A stretch of DNA of 64,000 bases, taken from Lama guanicoe. Its lineage: Eukaryota. The DNA lies in NCBI GenBank assembly GCA_013239625.1, contig MU053934.1:1209285-1273284 (forward strand), in the 5' to 3' direction. The notes under the pieces were generated by a model. It was not told where the DNA came from. It searched no databases and saw nothing but the letters and a program-made list of their open reading frames with translations. Shown here piece after piece: positions 36,631-50,259 of the stretch (position 1 is the first letter of the stretch; each line of letters begins with the position of its first letter). Made by a program: the position numbers and the translations under genes.

Positions 36631-37639
36631 GCAAAGGATGACATCCCTGAGTCATACCACTGGCCAGGCTCTGGATTAAGCACTTTATTCTCATTATCTG
36701 ATGTAATCTGAGCAGAAACCCTATGAAGTAAAAGTTCTCATCTCAATTTTGTAATTAGAGAAATCAAAGCCCAGAGAGGCTGATGTTCTTTTAAACTCTA
36801 AGTCATTCTTAGCAGAGGCTGTTCATTCTTCTCTGCTGCTTTACACCGACTTCTCATGGAGTATTTCTCTGTGTGGTGTGTCATTCTTTTTGTTTTCTTC
36901 CATTTTGTACCTTAGTGCACAGAACTGGATTAAACCTGATACTTGGTGCGTGATGCTTTTTCTTTGGGGTAAATATTTTCCTCCTGATTTTAGGAAGCTA
37001 GCCTCTTAAAACAGAGAGGCTATCTATCTATATACTATTGATTCAATATCTCCTCCTACCCCAGACTCAAGGGTGAGGCTGTCCGTGACACTGGGGCACG
37101 TAACACCTGATGGTAGACATGATGGATATGTTTGGAGACCTCCGACTGTTAAATATGTGGGGTTCCCTCGGGATCACCTACTCAGCCTTCATCACACCAC
37201 AGAAGGACAAGCAGAGAGCAAGGGATGGGCAGTGACGTGCCCCAGGCCACCTAGTGACTTCTGCCACTTCCTGGCAGATTATACCAGGAGCAAGGTCTCT
37301 TGTGTCATAGAAGTCCTTTCATTCTCTGATGTTTCCTTCATTTTTCCAAAGCAAATGGAGGTAATCAGAGGACCAAAGGAAAATGCTGAAGTACTTGAAG
37401 TGTTTTTCCTTTATCCCTTGCTGGAAATGATCCATCTTTGTGACATTTCTTCTAATGCCAAATAATGGGCATTTCTGTGTGACTAAAATACTTCAAAACG
37501 TCCTTTAAAGTGGATGGATCCCTCTCCACTCAATAGGGAGCATCAGCGTGTGTGTCAGGTGCATTCTGCACCACCCTCTCCTGTGAGTCCTGAATGCAGG
37601 GTGGCCTTGTGACTACTACCAGGCATCTATGGAGCCCAC

Positions 37640-38345
37640 GCCTGCTGGATCACCCCATTCTCTCCATACCACCACCACCACCACTCTCATTCAAGACGCC
37701 ACCATCCTGAACCTGGGCCCAACAGTCACTCCCCACTGTCTCCCTTGGCCACTTTGCTCCCCTTCCCCTCTCATCTCCCACAGGCAGGAAGAGCATCGCC
37801 ACCCTGCCTCTGTTTACAGCCTTCCACTGGTTTCCCACTTGGAGAATAAAGGCAAAATGTCTTGGCACGGCACTGGAACCCAGGTGAGCTGTCCTTCTCC
37901 CCATCACCACATTTTTCACCATTCTCATATTTGCACTCCACTCTGCGGCCTCAGGAATCCTTCTTTAGTCTTCACCATGTGTGCTGCTTCCTTCCTAATT
38001 CGGGTCTCCACCCTTGCTGTCATCATCTTGCCCTCCCAGTCTTCCCCGAAATCCCCATCACCTAGAAAATTTCTTTTCAAACTTCTGTCCTCAGATCCAG
38101 GGTCACCACCTCAGAAACATCTTCCCTGAATCCCTGCCTGAATCAGTCTCCCCAGTACATCTGCTCACTCCATGTAGAGCAATTTTTGTGCGTTTTTGTC
38201 CATGATTAATGTCTGTCTCCTCCATTAAGTTGTAAGCAGTTTGAGGGCAGCAACCATGAATCTTTTGCTGATCATTGTACTTCCAGAGCCTAACACTCTA
38301 CCTGGCACATAGAAGGACTTTAATAAATACTTCCTGTTGGAAGAA
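37640..38345 (+). mobile_element. L2 3' end
   Basis: 'cttttgctgatcattgtacttccagagcctaacactctacctggcacatagaagg...aataaatac'. Confidence 0.75.
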
Positions 38346-38422
38346 AGAGAGAGAGGGAGGAAGGAAGGAAGGAAGGAAGGAAGGACGGACGGACAAAGAA
38401 AGAAAGAAGGAGAGAGGAAGGG
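38341..38422 (+). repeat. Purine-rich (GA)n/(GGAA)n microsatellite
   Basis: aagaaagagagagagggaggaaggaaggaaggaaggaaggaaggacggacgg... at the L2 tail. Confidence 0.9.
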
Positions 38423-39289
38423 AGACACTCCTTTGGGGCTTTCCAATCACTATAACCTGTTGATTTGGCAGGTTCGTAGGCCAGTCAGAATAAGGAGAAT
38501 GGACAAGTCCCAGGAGGAAGACAGAATTGCACAGTGGTTGCAGCGAGTCTAGAGTTGCTCTCTGTATTATCACTGGGCCTTGGCTTCAACCTCAGGAAAG
38601 GGGTGGGGCATGGTAACAACAGCCTCAATTAACAATATTCATCCCACGGGTTTTGAAAAAATAAATGAGGGTGTGCCTGGCAGAGAGAAAGTGCTCCATG
38701 AGTGTTAGCTATTATGGTTATTACAAGAATGTACCAAGATATCGATAGCAAAGAATCATTTTTCTAAACTTGCACAGAGCACCATGGAAAGCTTTCCTCA
38801 AAGTATTGTTAAAATCTTCCTCGAGTCCAAGGCCAAAGAGCAGCCAAGCCCTTATAACACCTTGGGATCCTGACCCCGCGCTCACTCAGGGTTCCATCTT
38901 TGTTGCCGCCTTCTCTTTCCTCTGCCCGTTTCTGCCCTTGTCCCCATCCCTTCCCCCAACCTCTCAGGTACCTGATTAGCAACTCAATCTGTCCAACCAA
39001 TAGGTGTGGGATGTACACCTTCTGGATCTTTCCACAGCATCTCAGCTTACTGCCCTCTCCCTCTCCTTCCTAACTGCCCGCACCTTTGCCAGTTGGGCAC
39101 TTCCTTTCCTGAAGGCCCTCTCCTCCCCAGTAATAGGACAGAAATGTCACTCCTGTTTGCAAGCCTAGAGCACCATTTTCCCACCTCCACCAAAGACACA
39201 CACCCACTCTCCTGTCTTCCCTCCCCTCCTTGCCCCGTTTCACCTCAACATCGTCTATTCCTTTCTGCTGCTTTTAACTTCAGAATTCC

Positions 39290-39490
39290 AGATCAACCTG
39301 GAAAAGGCATGCAAGTGATCTCAGCCATGTTGTTTCCCCTCCCTGGACCCCATTTGCTCATTTGCAAGGTGGGATGCCAGAAAAATAGGACTGGCTCCTC
39401 ACACGATAGTCATAAGGGTGAGATGGGATCAGATGGATAAAGTGTTGAGCATGATGTTTGGCACATAGTAGATGCTCAACAAGTGTTGGT
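39290..39490 (+). mobile_element. MIR
   Basis: 'tttgctcatttgcaaggtggga...tggcacatagtagatgctcaacaagtgttgg'. Confidence 0.65.
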
Positions 39491-41419
39491 CCCCATTCCT
39501 CTTACTGTGTGGGTCTTTTCTGAAGCACGAGTCAGTAGTTATGCCTGACAAAGGGACAGAATGTCTAAAAATTGGTGCTCTTTGGTAGAACCTCTGTGGT
39601 TGCCCATCTATGGCTTCTGGCACCTATGCCTCCTTCCTGTGTCCTGGACCACTCTCCCTACCTCCTCTCCCCCAACCCACTCTCAGGAAGGTCCTTCGGG
39701 AAGAACCTTGTCACACTCAGATTTATACCTGGCTCAGTGCCTGAAAGACATCAAGCACTCAAAAGAAAGGTCTTCTCAGAACCAGCCCAAGGTTGCCTGT
39801 TATCTCCACAGTTAAATACTAGGGATCTTCATTCTCATTCCAGACTTAGCAACTGGGCTGTGTGATTGTGTCCTAGGATAGAGGCTAATTCCTTGGAATA
39901 CGTCTTTGCTACAGTCCTCTGGGGAGAGTAACAAAGAGAGTCTAAAAGGACTAGCATTTAGAGTCTGCGGCATAGAAGCCTACAAAGATTAACTCCACAG
40001 TCCACCCCACAGCATCCTCGTTATCGGGTGTGCATTCAGTCACTCTCACTACACTCTTCTCTTTTCTTTAAAATCTGGCTTTAAAAATTAAGACCACCTC
40101 TGGATGAATTCATAAATAAGTATCTCAACATGGAATCTACCTCCTAGAGGCAAGATTCTGGTAGGCACAATGGGCCACACCAATCATTAGGCTACGACCT
40201 TAATCACGTTCCTACCTGTCAGCATTCACTGCCTGTCAGTCAAGAATCATGCTTGCAAGAAACTTCAAACTGGTGAATTTAATAAACTAAACTTTCTCTC
40301 ACTAACATCATCCATTTCTTGCTTCCCACCTCTTCCACTATCTCTGCATGCTGTTTAGTCATTTTCCTGCTACACATAGAAACTGGATAACACGAAAGTT
40401 TCATTTGCAGCAGAAATATTTCCTTTAGTATGTGATTCTGTCCCCTGCCACCCACCACCCACCCTTCTGCCACACACACGTACTACTCACCTTTTAAAGT
40501 CCATAGACTTTCAAAGGAGCTATTTCTACATGTATGTGTTATCTAAAGGAGCACACCAGAGCAACTTCATAGTCGCAGATTGGAAAAACCATGTTAGGCT
40601 CCCCAAAAGTCCCATGCATGGGCACCAAAAAGAAGTTCGTTTAAACAATGTAATAATCTTAAGGAAGTTAATGTGCTCTCTCCTGTTCTAACAAGCTCAT
40701 GAATAATAGATGAAGGGAGCTTCATCTGTTTTAATTAATTTGGTCTTGACATTAATTCAATCCAGTACAAAATTAGCAGGCAATTAAGCCTCATTGGCCC
40801 GACCGGACAAAAATAGGCCAACGTCATTGGCTAGAGAAGCAAACTGGAAATGGACAAGGGCCATGGTCCACTCTCTCAAACCTGAACAACCAAAAATGAG
40901 CATTACCAGTCCCCATGAGGCCACAACTTGGTCTGCTTTCCAGATCTTGTAAACTGAATAGAAAACCTCATTACTAGGAATTTCAGCATTTACATATTAG
41001 GAAATTCTGGGGGGAGGTTCCAAATGCATAGCAAGATTGCTTTTGTTTTGGTTGTATTTTGTTTTTGAAATCTTCAAATAATTTATGAGAATTTACTTGG
41101 GCTAAGGAATAGGATATAATAGCAATTATCAGCTGCAATACTTAGGCACATGCAATAAACACATTTGGTTCTAAGAAATTATCACAGTTTGTTATGTACT
41201 TGAGCTTAGCAAATTCTTGGTTCCATTATCCACTTGGCAATTACATACAGTGTTATAATAATAGTTTATCTTAAAATAGTGCATTTCTTCTCTGGATCTT
41301 GGCGTGTTTAATGAGCACTTTTTTCTTAACCCTCACAATGCCCTGTAGAATTGGGAAGATATAAATACCATTAAAATTACTTGGGAAACCAAGATTCTAG
41401 AGTGCAGAGATGGGGGTAG

Positions 41420-41760
41420 ACAGTCACAGAATTACAAGAAGCTTTAAAAGACATCTACTCCGACCACCTATCTGATACTTGAATTCTACCTGGCTTTTCT
41501 TGAACACCTCCAGCAATGGGGAACTCATTACTGCATGAAGCTGCACATTCCATCTCTAAAGAACATGATTGTTAGATTGATCTGAAATTTATCCCCAGTA
41601 GATAAAAGATTATTTCTACCCCAAATGAATTTTATTCCTCTTATAAATGGCATCTAGCCTCCATGATTAGTCACCAACCCCCATCCACAACTCCTCCAGT
41701 CAAACCTCATGAAATGGCTCTGAGCCCTTCTCCATTCTCCTTGGAGTCAGCTTCAAGGGA
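41420..41760 (-). mobile_element. L3/CR1 fragment
   Basis: 'cttgaacacctccagcaatggggaactcattac' is the antisense L3 3' region. Confidence 0.6.
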
Positions 41761-41769
41761 CAGTGCCAG

Positions 41770-42205
41770 GTAATAATGGGAAGTATCAGGTTGTGAGCCA
41801 ATCAACCTGGAGTTCAGTTCTGGGGGTGTCATGTCAAGGGTATCTGTGAATTGGCTTCATACTCAACCCTTTGAACATCAACGTCTTCATCTACAGAATA
41901 TGCATTAATTACCTACCTTGTAAGATTATTATGAAGATTTGATGAGATGGTGTATAAAGAACATTTATCATCGAGTCCACCACAGTTAAGTGTTCAATAA
42001 ATGGTAACCAAATAACAATTATAGCTAATTCCCACATAGCACATACTAAACATTTTATACATTAACTTATTTGCACTTCACAATAAGTCATAATATTGTT
42101 ATTATAGACGAGACAACTGGATACACAGAGAGATTAAGCAAATTGCCCAAAGCCAATAGGAGACAGAGCCAGAACTTGAGCCTCGACAGTCTAGTTCCAG
42201 AGTCC
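41770..42205. mobile_element. Two tail-to-tail MIRs (+ ~41770-42010; - ~42020-42205)
   Basis: 'cttcatctacagaat...aagtgttcaataaatggta' followed by 'cagagagattaagcaaattgccc...gacagagccagaacttga'. Confidence 0.65.
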
Positions 42206-43227
42206 ATATTTGGTAGTCATGTCTATCTTAAATTCTGGTGCCCAAACCTAATGCTTTTCAGTTGTTGCAGAATAGCAGACAAGGACCCTCACCTTCTCCC
42301 AATGAAGTTCAAGGTTATCCTATTTTTCCTGAAATGGGCTTTTATCCATTTAGACAACCCCCCACTACAATGTTCTCACTGTTGACGGCTGGGCAGCCTT
42401 GCCTACCCAACCCTTTGTTTGTTCAGCTGCTTTGTGAATCCAAGCATAAAACTACCTTTCGCCTTTTGCTAAAAGCCCTCCTGCTAAATCTGTTTTAGAA
42501 TTCAAAGCTGTTGCATCTTCAGGGATCTTGACTTTCTCATTTCAACACATTTTCTTCACTCCCAACTTCCGGTCTTTCACACCTTTGATGAGAGTGTCTT
42601 CCCTAACTTCATCCCAGACACTCTTAAAAATATCCGGTCAGACAGGGCACTGTGCCATCACAGTCCTCTCTCCAAGATGACGTTGATCTGCTAATCAGCA
42701 TCCTCTGGGTGGGGATCAGTCTTGGACAAAAAGAGAATATGATTCACCTTCTCTTGAAGACCATGGCTTCATTTTTGTTGTTCTTGCTGGTGTTGTTTAA
42801 TCTTTTTCTTTTATCTAAGTTAATTCTGTTAGTAAAACATGTAAAGTCAGCATAGTAATCCAACTCTAAAATTAAATGATGTCCCTTTTTCAGACATTCA
42901 TCTGCCCATGGGTAAAATGGGGAGGAAATTAAATTGGTAATCTCCAGGAACACTTCTAGCTCTAATACTCCAGGAAAAGGCCAGGGCATGCTAGATCCTC
43001 CATGGTCTGGACTTGGTCTCCCGGAAAGCCTTAAAGCTCATCACTCTCTATCACATGTTATACTCCAGCCAACCACAAAACCCAGTGAACACATTCATAC
43101 AGTTCCCATGAACACATTCTCCGCTACATCTCTCCACCATGACTTTGCACCTGCTGGTTCCTCTGCCTGCCCTCCCTGCACTTGTTCATCTGGTGACATT
43201 CTAGTCATTTCTCAAAACCAACTTAGA

Positions 43228-43556
43228 TCATCAAATGGTTCTGGAACAACTGAATATCCATATGCAAAAAAGAGAATTTTAATCCCTACCTCATACTGTA
43301 TTTAAAAAATTATAATGACAGGCTTAAATGTGAAACATAAAAATATAAAAACTCTAGAAGAAAACATAGGAAAAAAATCTTTGCAACCTTGAAGAGGCAA
43401 AGATTTCTTAGCTGTGATGCCAAAAGCATGATATACTTTTTAAATGATGAATTGGACTCTATCAAAAGTAAGACCATTGCTTTTCAAAAGACACTCTTAA
43501 GAGAATGGAAAGACAAACTGTGGACTGGGAGAACATGCTTACAGATGACTTATCAG
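43228..43556 (+). mobile_element. Internal L1 ORF2 fragment without 3' UTR
   Basis: 'caaatggttctggaacaactgaatatccatatgcaaaa...ctagaagaaaacatagg...aaagacaaactgtggactgggagaa'. Confidence 0.8.
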
Positions 43557-43594
43557 ATCCTCTTGAGACCACTCCTAAGCCCGTTTCTCTCATA

Positions 43595-44560
43595 ATCATT
43601 TAAAGAAAAAATTGTGGAACATCTGCTATGTGCCAGGCACTGTTCTAGGCACTTGTGATTGAATAAAACAGCTGAAGATCGCTGCCCATGCAGAACTTAC
43701 ATTCTAATAGAGAGAATTCATAATCTCAGGAAATAGCAAGCATGACTCATACTTGTCTCATCTCTTTCCTTCAGATCCCATCAATGTATCCTGTCAATTC
43801 AATCTTCAGAATATATCCAGAATCTGAACATGGCTCTCTACCTCTGCTGCAAAAACCCTGGTCCAAGCCACCATCTTCCTCTCCTGGATGATTACAGCAG
43901 CCTCCTAACTGCTCACCCTGCCTTTCCTGCTTTCAGGGTGTCCTAGAAATAGCATCCAGAATGATATTTTTTAGAACATGAGTCAGATCATCTCACATAT
44001 CTTCTCAAAACCTTCCAATGGCTCCCTTCTTCAAGGTAAAAGAAACTTATTGTAATGCCTGAGCAGCCCCAACCTGATCTTTCTCTCCCCTCTTTCCCTA
44101 AAGTCTTCAACGATACTTCCCCCCACCCCCATTCTTTTCACTCAAGCTGCACTGGCTTTCTTGAAATTTCTCAAATAGACCAAGCAGGGATTCTGCCTCA
44201 GGACATTTGCGCTTGCTTCTCTCTCTGCCTGAAATCCTTTTCTCCTGGATATCCACAAGATTCCTTTCCTTCAGGTCTCGACTCAAATGTTACCTTATCA
44301 CTGTGGTCTTCACTGACCATTCTACATGAACTAAAAGTTCATTTCCTCAACCTCTCCAGGGGCTCCCCCTGCCCTCTTACTGGCTTCATTATCTCTGCCT
44401 GACAAAATAGTGATTTATTAATTAATTCTGTCTATCCTGATGAACCAATAAGATCCTGGAGCGCAGAGGTGTGCCTGTTTTTCCACAGCTGTATTCCTGG
44501 TGCCTGAAATAGTACTGGTATATAGAAGCATTTTATAAATATTTGCCAAATGAATGGTTT
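43595..44560. mobile_element. L2 fragments (- ~43595-43715; + ~43755-44560)
   Basis: 'ctatgtgccaggcactgttctaggcac' and 'ggtccaagccaccatc...cagcctcctaactg...ataaatatttgccaaatgaatg'. Confidence 0.8.
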
Positions 44561-44769
44561 TGAATAACAAAAATTTTTTTTCTGCTTCTAGGGACTCACA
44601 CACACACCTGGGTTGGGTTACAGGTACTCAAGAAACCCTGCATGGGCCACCTTCATAATAACACATGCCATTTATTAAGGCTTTACCTTTCACTGTCCTT
44701 CATTCATAGATGCTTATATAAAAATACTAGAGGAACTCCCAGACTCCAAGAAGAGTCAGAAGGGTCTCA

Positions 44770-44962
44770 GAGACGGGAACTGGGCAGCTCTTTAGATTCC
44801 ACCCCCTCCACTTGCCAAATGTGTGACCTTGGGCGAATCATCTAACCTCTAAGCCTCAGTCTCCTCCTCTGTAAAATGTCCACATTTTGGCATTGTGAAG
44901 AGAGTGGACACAGTGTTTGCCAGGCACTAAGTACAGGGCCAGGAATCATGGCAGCTATTGTT
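44770..44962 (+). mobile_element. MIR
   Basis: 'tgtgtgaccttgggcgaatcatctaacctctaagcctcagtctcctcctctgtaaaatg'. Confidence 0.75.
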
Positions 44963-45808
44963 AAGGGAAGCTCAAAGAGGAGGTGACAGTGGAAGGAGCT
45001 TGTCAGGTTAAGGATGATGAGGATGAAGCATCATCCACGTCACAAACTCAGTAAAGAGAACAAGATGTTGCAGGAGCAGCAAGGAGACCCAGGTAGGACC
45101 CAGGATGGAGACAGTTCTTAAAGCACATGGTGTCTGTCCCAGGCACTCTTAACTACTGTGTTCAGAAGTAAGAGGGCTCAGAATGGGGCTAAACCTAATA
45201 AATACGAGATCCCAGGACCCAATATACAGCCAGAAACAGCAATGTTTAGCACATGTGAGTGCATTTGGAAGGCTGAAACTCAGACACCAGGTTCTTACAG
45301 AAGGTGTGATAGCTGAGACACAGGTGCTGTTCACCAGGACTTCCAAAAAGAAAAAAGGTCTTTCCTAGAATGGACTAAAATCCAGCCCAGGTTTTCACCA
45401 AGCCCTCTAGTCCTCCAGCCTTTGAAAGTCTGATCAGTGATATTCTAGGGAGAATGGATGTTTTCAATAAAGGGGCAACCTCTTTCCCCTTGTGGAAAGT
45501 TAAAATATATTCATTATCAGCTTTGAAGTTCAGACAGAGCCAGCAAAGATAGCATTTGTAAGCAAGGAAAGTTCATCAGAGACTGGAAACTCTGATTCTC
45601 CTAATGACTGAGTAGCAAACAATGGCATAAGCTTATCCTGGGGGCTCCACAAAGAGATTGAGCTCTTTTTCTCTGCTCCCACTTCTAGAGCAAGCCTGGC
45701 ATATTGTCCTTCCATGGGGGGATTTCATGGAAATTTCCTCTAAGTAAAAAACGTTCCCTCCCTCCAACTTCCGCCCCCATTTACTGTCAATCACTCCCTA
45801 CCATAAGT

Positions 45809-45816
45809 ACACACAC

Positions 45817-45854
<38 letters not shown>
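45809..45854 (+). repeat. (CA)n microsatellite
   Basis: acacacacacatacatacacac...acac read directly. Confidence 0.95.
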
Positions 45855-45857
<3 letters not shown>

Positions 45858-46669
45858 AGAATGCCTCAAATTCCACCATTAGCAATTCATCTTTCGAGTT
45901 ATGCTTGATTGTCTTCCAGCCATCGTCATTTAAGATGCAAATATTCCAGAAGGGGTAATGATAATGCAGTTTGCATTTAGTTAGCAACTTAGAGTTTGTG
46001 AAGCTCTTTCACTCCCATTACATCTTTGATCTTCAACACAGTCATGAGCTCACATACCCAACACTAGCAAAGGATAAAGGTTCGATGCTAAGGAAACATT
46101 TCTTGGATGAATAAATGAATGAATAAACAGAAGTTTATTTGTAAAACAGAAGTTATTGTCTTCACTGAAATCAAGGGCCATAAAAGTAAATAAGTTGCCA
46201 CCAGTCAAAAACAAGCGATGAAGCCTAGAACTTGAACCCTTAGTCACAAAACCAGAAGAGGTATCAAGTCTGATCAGCCATCATCTTTCCTTTGGACCAA
46301 AGTGTCCAAAGTCAAGAGAGAGTTTGCAGAATACAGCAGGGTTGGCATGGGGTGGAATATTGGATGCTAAGCCTGGGGAGATGCTGGATTATGGCTGAAA
46401 GGTTCAGAATGATTATGCAATCTTGATCTTAACTTCACTTAGCTTTGTTTTCCTAACTAGCAAAATAGAGATAAGAATATCTTAATGTGCACGGTTCTCA
46501 TGAAGATCTAAATAAATAACAGCTATAATAGCACTTTGCAAAACAGCAAAGAGCTATGCAGGTAATAAGAAAGATTTAAGAAGGGATCAGAAGTTGGGGA
46601 GCACACAGTTTAGTATAGTCACTTACCTTTAATCTCAATTAAAATCCATCTTAATAAAACCCTATATAA

Positions 46670-46890
46670 GCTTCCAGGAGCTTACATTCTAGAGGTGATG
46701 TTGGAGGAGAGGCCAAGACTGACAGTTTACTAACAAATACATAACCAAGAAAACATGGATGGTGTTTGCAGAGGACAAATGTCATATAAGGTGGTAGGAA
46801 ATGATGACTTTAGAGGGGGCAGTCAGGGGAGACATCTCTGAAGAGGTGACATTTAAGATGAGATCTGAATGAGAAGCAAGAATTAAGCAG
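46670..46890 (-). mobile_element. L2 fragment
   Basis: 'ggagcttacattctag...ctctgaagaggtgacatttaagatgagatctgaatga'. Confidence 0.7.
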
Positions 46891-47309
46891 AGGGCGTGTC
46901 TTCACTTTAGGCGTTTCTCTGGAAGACCAAAAGTGCAGAGAGAAGGCCAGTGTCAGAGAAGGCCTATGTGCCCACTGCTGTGTTCTCTTGTTACCACATG
47001 GTCACTCCTTTCCATATTCTCTCTTCCAAATTCAGAAGAAGCCAGTCAACTGTACCTGCTTGGCTGAGCCCACTGAGCTATCTCCTGAGGGGCTGGAGGA
47101 TGAGTTATACCTGTTCCACTGTATCCGTGAGAGAGTAAGCCATCTCTATCCTAGGCCAGCTGCCTTCAGACCAAGGCAGGAGGTAAGAACAGTTTCAGTC
47201 CAAAACAAACAAAGGCACATCCAGTAACTTTGACCCCAGTGTACAACACACAGGCACTTCCAACAGAGGGGCCATCAGCAACGTGTCCATGATGAGGACC
47301 ACAGCAGCC

Positions 47310-47747
47310 ACTGGGGCTTTGGTTGTGAGCCACAAACAGCAACTGTGACCTCCGCAAAAACGAATTACTGGCAGAGTGTGGATAGCTCACAGAATCAGAT
47401 GGAAAGATGGTAAAAAGGGACCTTGGAAAGAATGGGAATTAGGACAACCCTGGGGATCTGAGAGGCAGGAACGAATGGATGCTCTCTTTGGACAACTGTT
47501 GGAATGAATGGATGCCACCATGTCGTTTTGTGTTAAGATCCAAATTACTGGGAGAGACAGTATTTGATTGGCTAGCTTGAGTCTCATGCCTACCTCTTGG
47601 TGGGGGGTGGACATTTTGATTGACAATACTCCCCCACCAAGACTGCATTCAAGAGACAAGAGAACGTTTCCCACAATAAAATTCGGGTGCTATAAGCGGA
47701 TGAGATAATATTAATCAAGCAGGCAAAATCTACAGCTGTCCTTCACA
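47310..47747 (-). mobile_element. Old MaLR-type LTR (subfamily uncertain)
   Basis: 'gatagctcacagaatc', 'tttgattggctagcttgagtctcatgcc', 'gcaggcaaaatctacagctgtccttcaca'. Confidence 0.55.
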
Positions 47748-48619
47748 ATTATGAGCAAATGTATTTCACTGGACAAGGTCTGGTTAAGTAGAAGAGTCCA
47801 CAAAAACTCTATGGAAGTTTCTGGGTTTACTGATTAGTGCATAGCTTTTTGCCTATTTACTTAAAATTTTAAAATTTCCAGTAGTCATGCAGTTCATTTT
47901 TCGCTAGGAAAGCTTACGCCAAAGAGCTAGCATGCCTCCTTCCAGTCAAACAATCTGATAAGCAAACACATTGGCATTTGAAAGGCCAGGTCTGCAAATG
48001 GTTTCTTTTTTCCCAAGAAGTAATTCATATTAGGGCCCTGGTGAAGGATGGAAAAAATAACATGCCCTGCTGCTGAATGAGTTTGAACCTTAATGCTGTC
48101 AGCTGGCTCTGCATGTGACAAGAGCTGATCTCAGATTAAACACCTCCTTTAGGGCAGAGGCACTGGGTCTAGGTAAGGCCTGGAGAAGTGGAACTACCAG
48201 CCACGGATTGTCTTTCTGCTTCTCAGGGAAATATTCAAATTGCTCAAATGCTGACCCTTCCTGGGGAAAATCATCCCAGTGGAAGAGACAAGTTTCCCCG
48301 CGCAGGTCAAACCTGGGCAGTCCCTCTCAAGCCTTGCAGATGGCCCGGCCAGGCTCCCAACCAGAGTGCAGATACTCACCCGCTCTGCTGAAGGTAGAGA
48401 CCAGGAGGGCTCAGTTCTAATTCCTCCATCCATGTCAGGATTCTCACCCACTTCAGCAGATGGGTAAGGGGACTTTAGGCCTGATCCGTGAGGCAGACAC
48501 ATGCCGTGGGCACCAAGGAAAACCCTGCAGGCTCCTAGGGCAGTGAGCCCACATTTCCAAGAACAGGCAATGTCTGCCTTCTATTCAGCAAGTTCATGGC
48601 TATGATGAAGGAGACTGGC

Positions 48620-48830
48620 TCAAGGTCCACAAAAACCAGACGGGGCTCCTGTTTCAACCACGTGCCCACTGGGTGACCTCTACCTTTTCAGCTCTAAAAT
48701 GAGAGTAACAAGAGGCCCAACCTCATGGGGCTATTAGGAGAAAAATTCATTAATGGAATCAAAGTGTTTGCAGTGATGCCTGACGTGTAGTTAGTGCTGG
48801 ATAAACGGTAAGCATGATTGTCATCATTAT
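48620..48830 (+). mobile_element. MIR
   Basis: 'ctctaaaatgagagtaacaag...cctcatggggctatt...gatgcctgacgtgtagttagtgctggataaa'. Confidence 0.6.
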
Positions 48831-49514
48831 CACCAAAGGGGAATAAACTGCTTATCATGCCCTCTCCAACACTGAGATTTTATTTATTAAACCAAATCTA
48901 TCTCCCCGACTGAAGAAGAAATAGGAGCTGGACTGGTTGTCTACAAATAGGTCCAATAAACAGTCCCGCACAGGGGATAACTTTGGCTAGTACCACCCCT
49001 TCCAGTCTTACTAGCCATGCCCCCTAACCTCCATCAAGGAGTTTCCACACTTCTATGGGGAAGACCTGACTAAGAACCCCAGGAAGGCTGAGATTCAACC
49101 AGTCTTGGCTGATGCCCAGCCCCAGAGACCGACTGCATCTCTCTGAACCCAGACCCTGACTGGCATCCTACTATGCGTCAAATAGACCATCCAAGGGATG
49201 GCTGGAAGGAGAGAACACAGACTTTGGGGTACATATCCCTGGTTAAAATCTCTTGTTATCTGTGGAGCTTTGGATCAAACATTTCACCTCTCAGGTTTGC
49301 ATTTGACTTTCAAAGATGTTGCAGGTTTTAGAAATAATGCAGACCATTGGGGTACAATTGTGGGTCCTCTGAAACCTACACAGTCAAGAAAGGGCACAGA
49401 GGGTGTGCCAGGCAGGCTGCACACAGCATCTGGTCCCCCTCAGGCCCAAGTAGGAAAGGAGCTGCAGTGGGGAAGCAGAGAATGGATTCAGAGTCTGCCC
49501 ACCCTCCAGCCCTG

Positions 49515-49687
49515 AGCCTACTGACCGTGGCTGCAGATTGGAGTCATCTGGAAATATTTTTAAAATACAGCTTCCCCTAGGCTACTCCCAGAGACTTCTA
49601 CTTGATTGGTCCAGGGTGAGGCTCTCATAGTATCTTCTTAAGGTTCCCAAAGTGACTTCCAAGTGCAGCCAGGGTGAGGGAACTCTG
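49515..49687. mobile_element. MER5A/B-like hAT-Charlie element
   Basis: 'ggctgcagattggagtcatctgga...gattggtccagggtgaggc...gtgcagccagggtgagggaactctg'. Confidence 0.65.
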
Positions 49688-50259
49688 CCCAGAAGCACCC
49701 TCAAGGATGTTACTCAGATGTGAGACCAGGAGGAGGGACAGGATGGGACCCAGCGCTGGAGGATGAAGCTCTGGGAGGGGACTCCAGAGAGACTGAAACT
49801 CTTCTTTTGCTGGAATACTCTCCTTGCTGCGTCTTTGGGGATTGTTTTATCAATCCTTCTTGGAACTGCTCTCCCAAGCAGCTGAAGGAACCAAGGAGAA
49901 ACACGACCATCGCCACTCCAGCACCTATCACCCTTGAAGGACAAACTAGAAAGACTAGGAGTCCAGGGGAAAGGGTCAAAGCCAAGCCCCCAGAACAGCC
50001 TGCTCTTCCCTCTGGTCCAGGCCAAAGCAGCTCTCAGGGCCTCGCCACTCACACCTCATCCTACCCAGCTCACCCCAGTCATCAGAGGCCAACACCCAGC
50101 AAGAAAGCAGTGGCAGTCATTGGCTCAATGGTCCTCGGCCATGTCGGGGTGGTACTGGATTTCAGGGGATCCTGGCCAAGTCTTTCTCTATCAAAGACAC
50201 AGCCAAGGAGAGAACAACAGGAGACAGACAGGCAAGTAGGTGGCAACTTAAATATACAT

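Noticed and set aside
45935..45990. Octamer ATGCAAAT plus RFX-like gttagcaac
   Set aside because: Isolated short motifs at the edge of a MIR-like segment; expected by chance in 64 kb.
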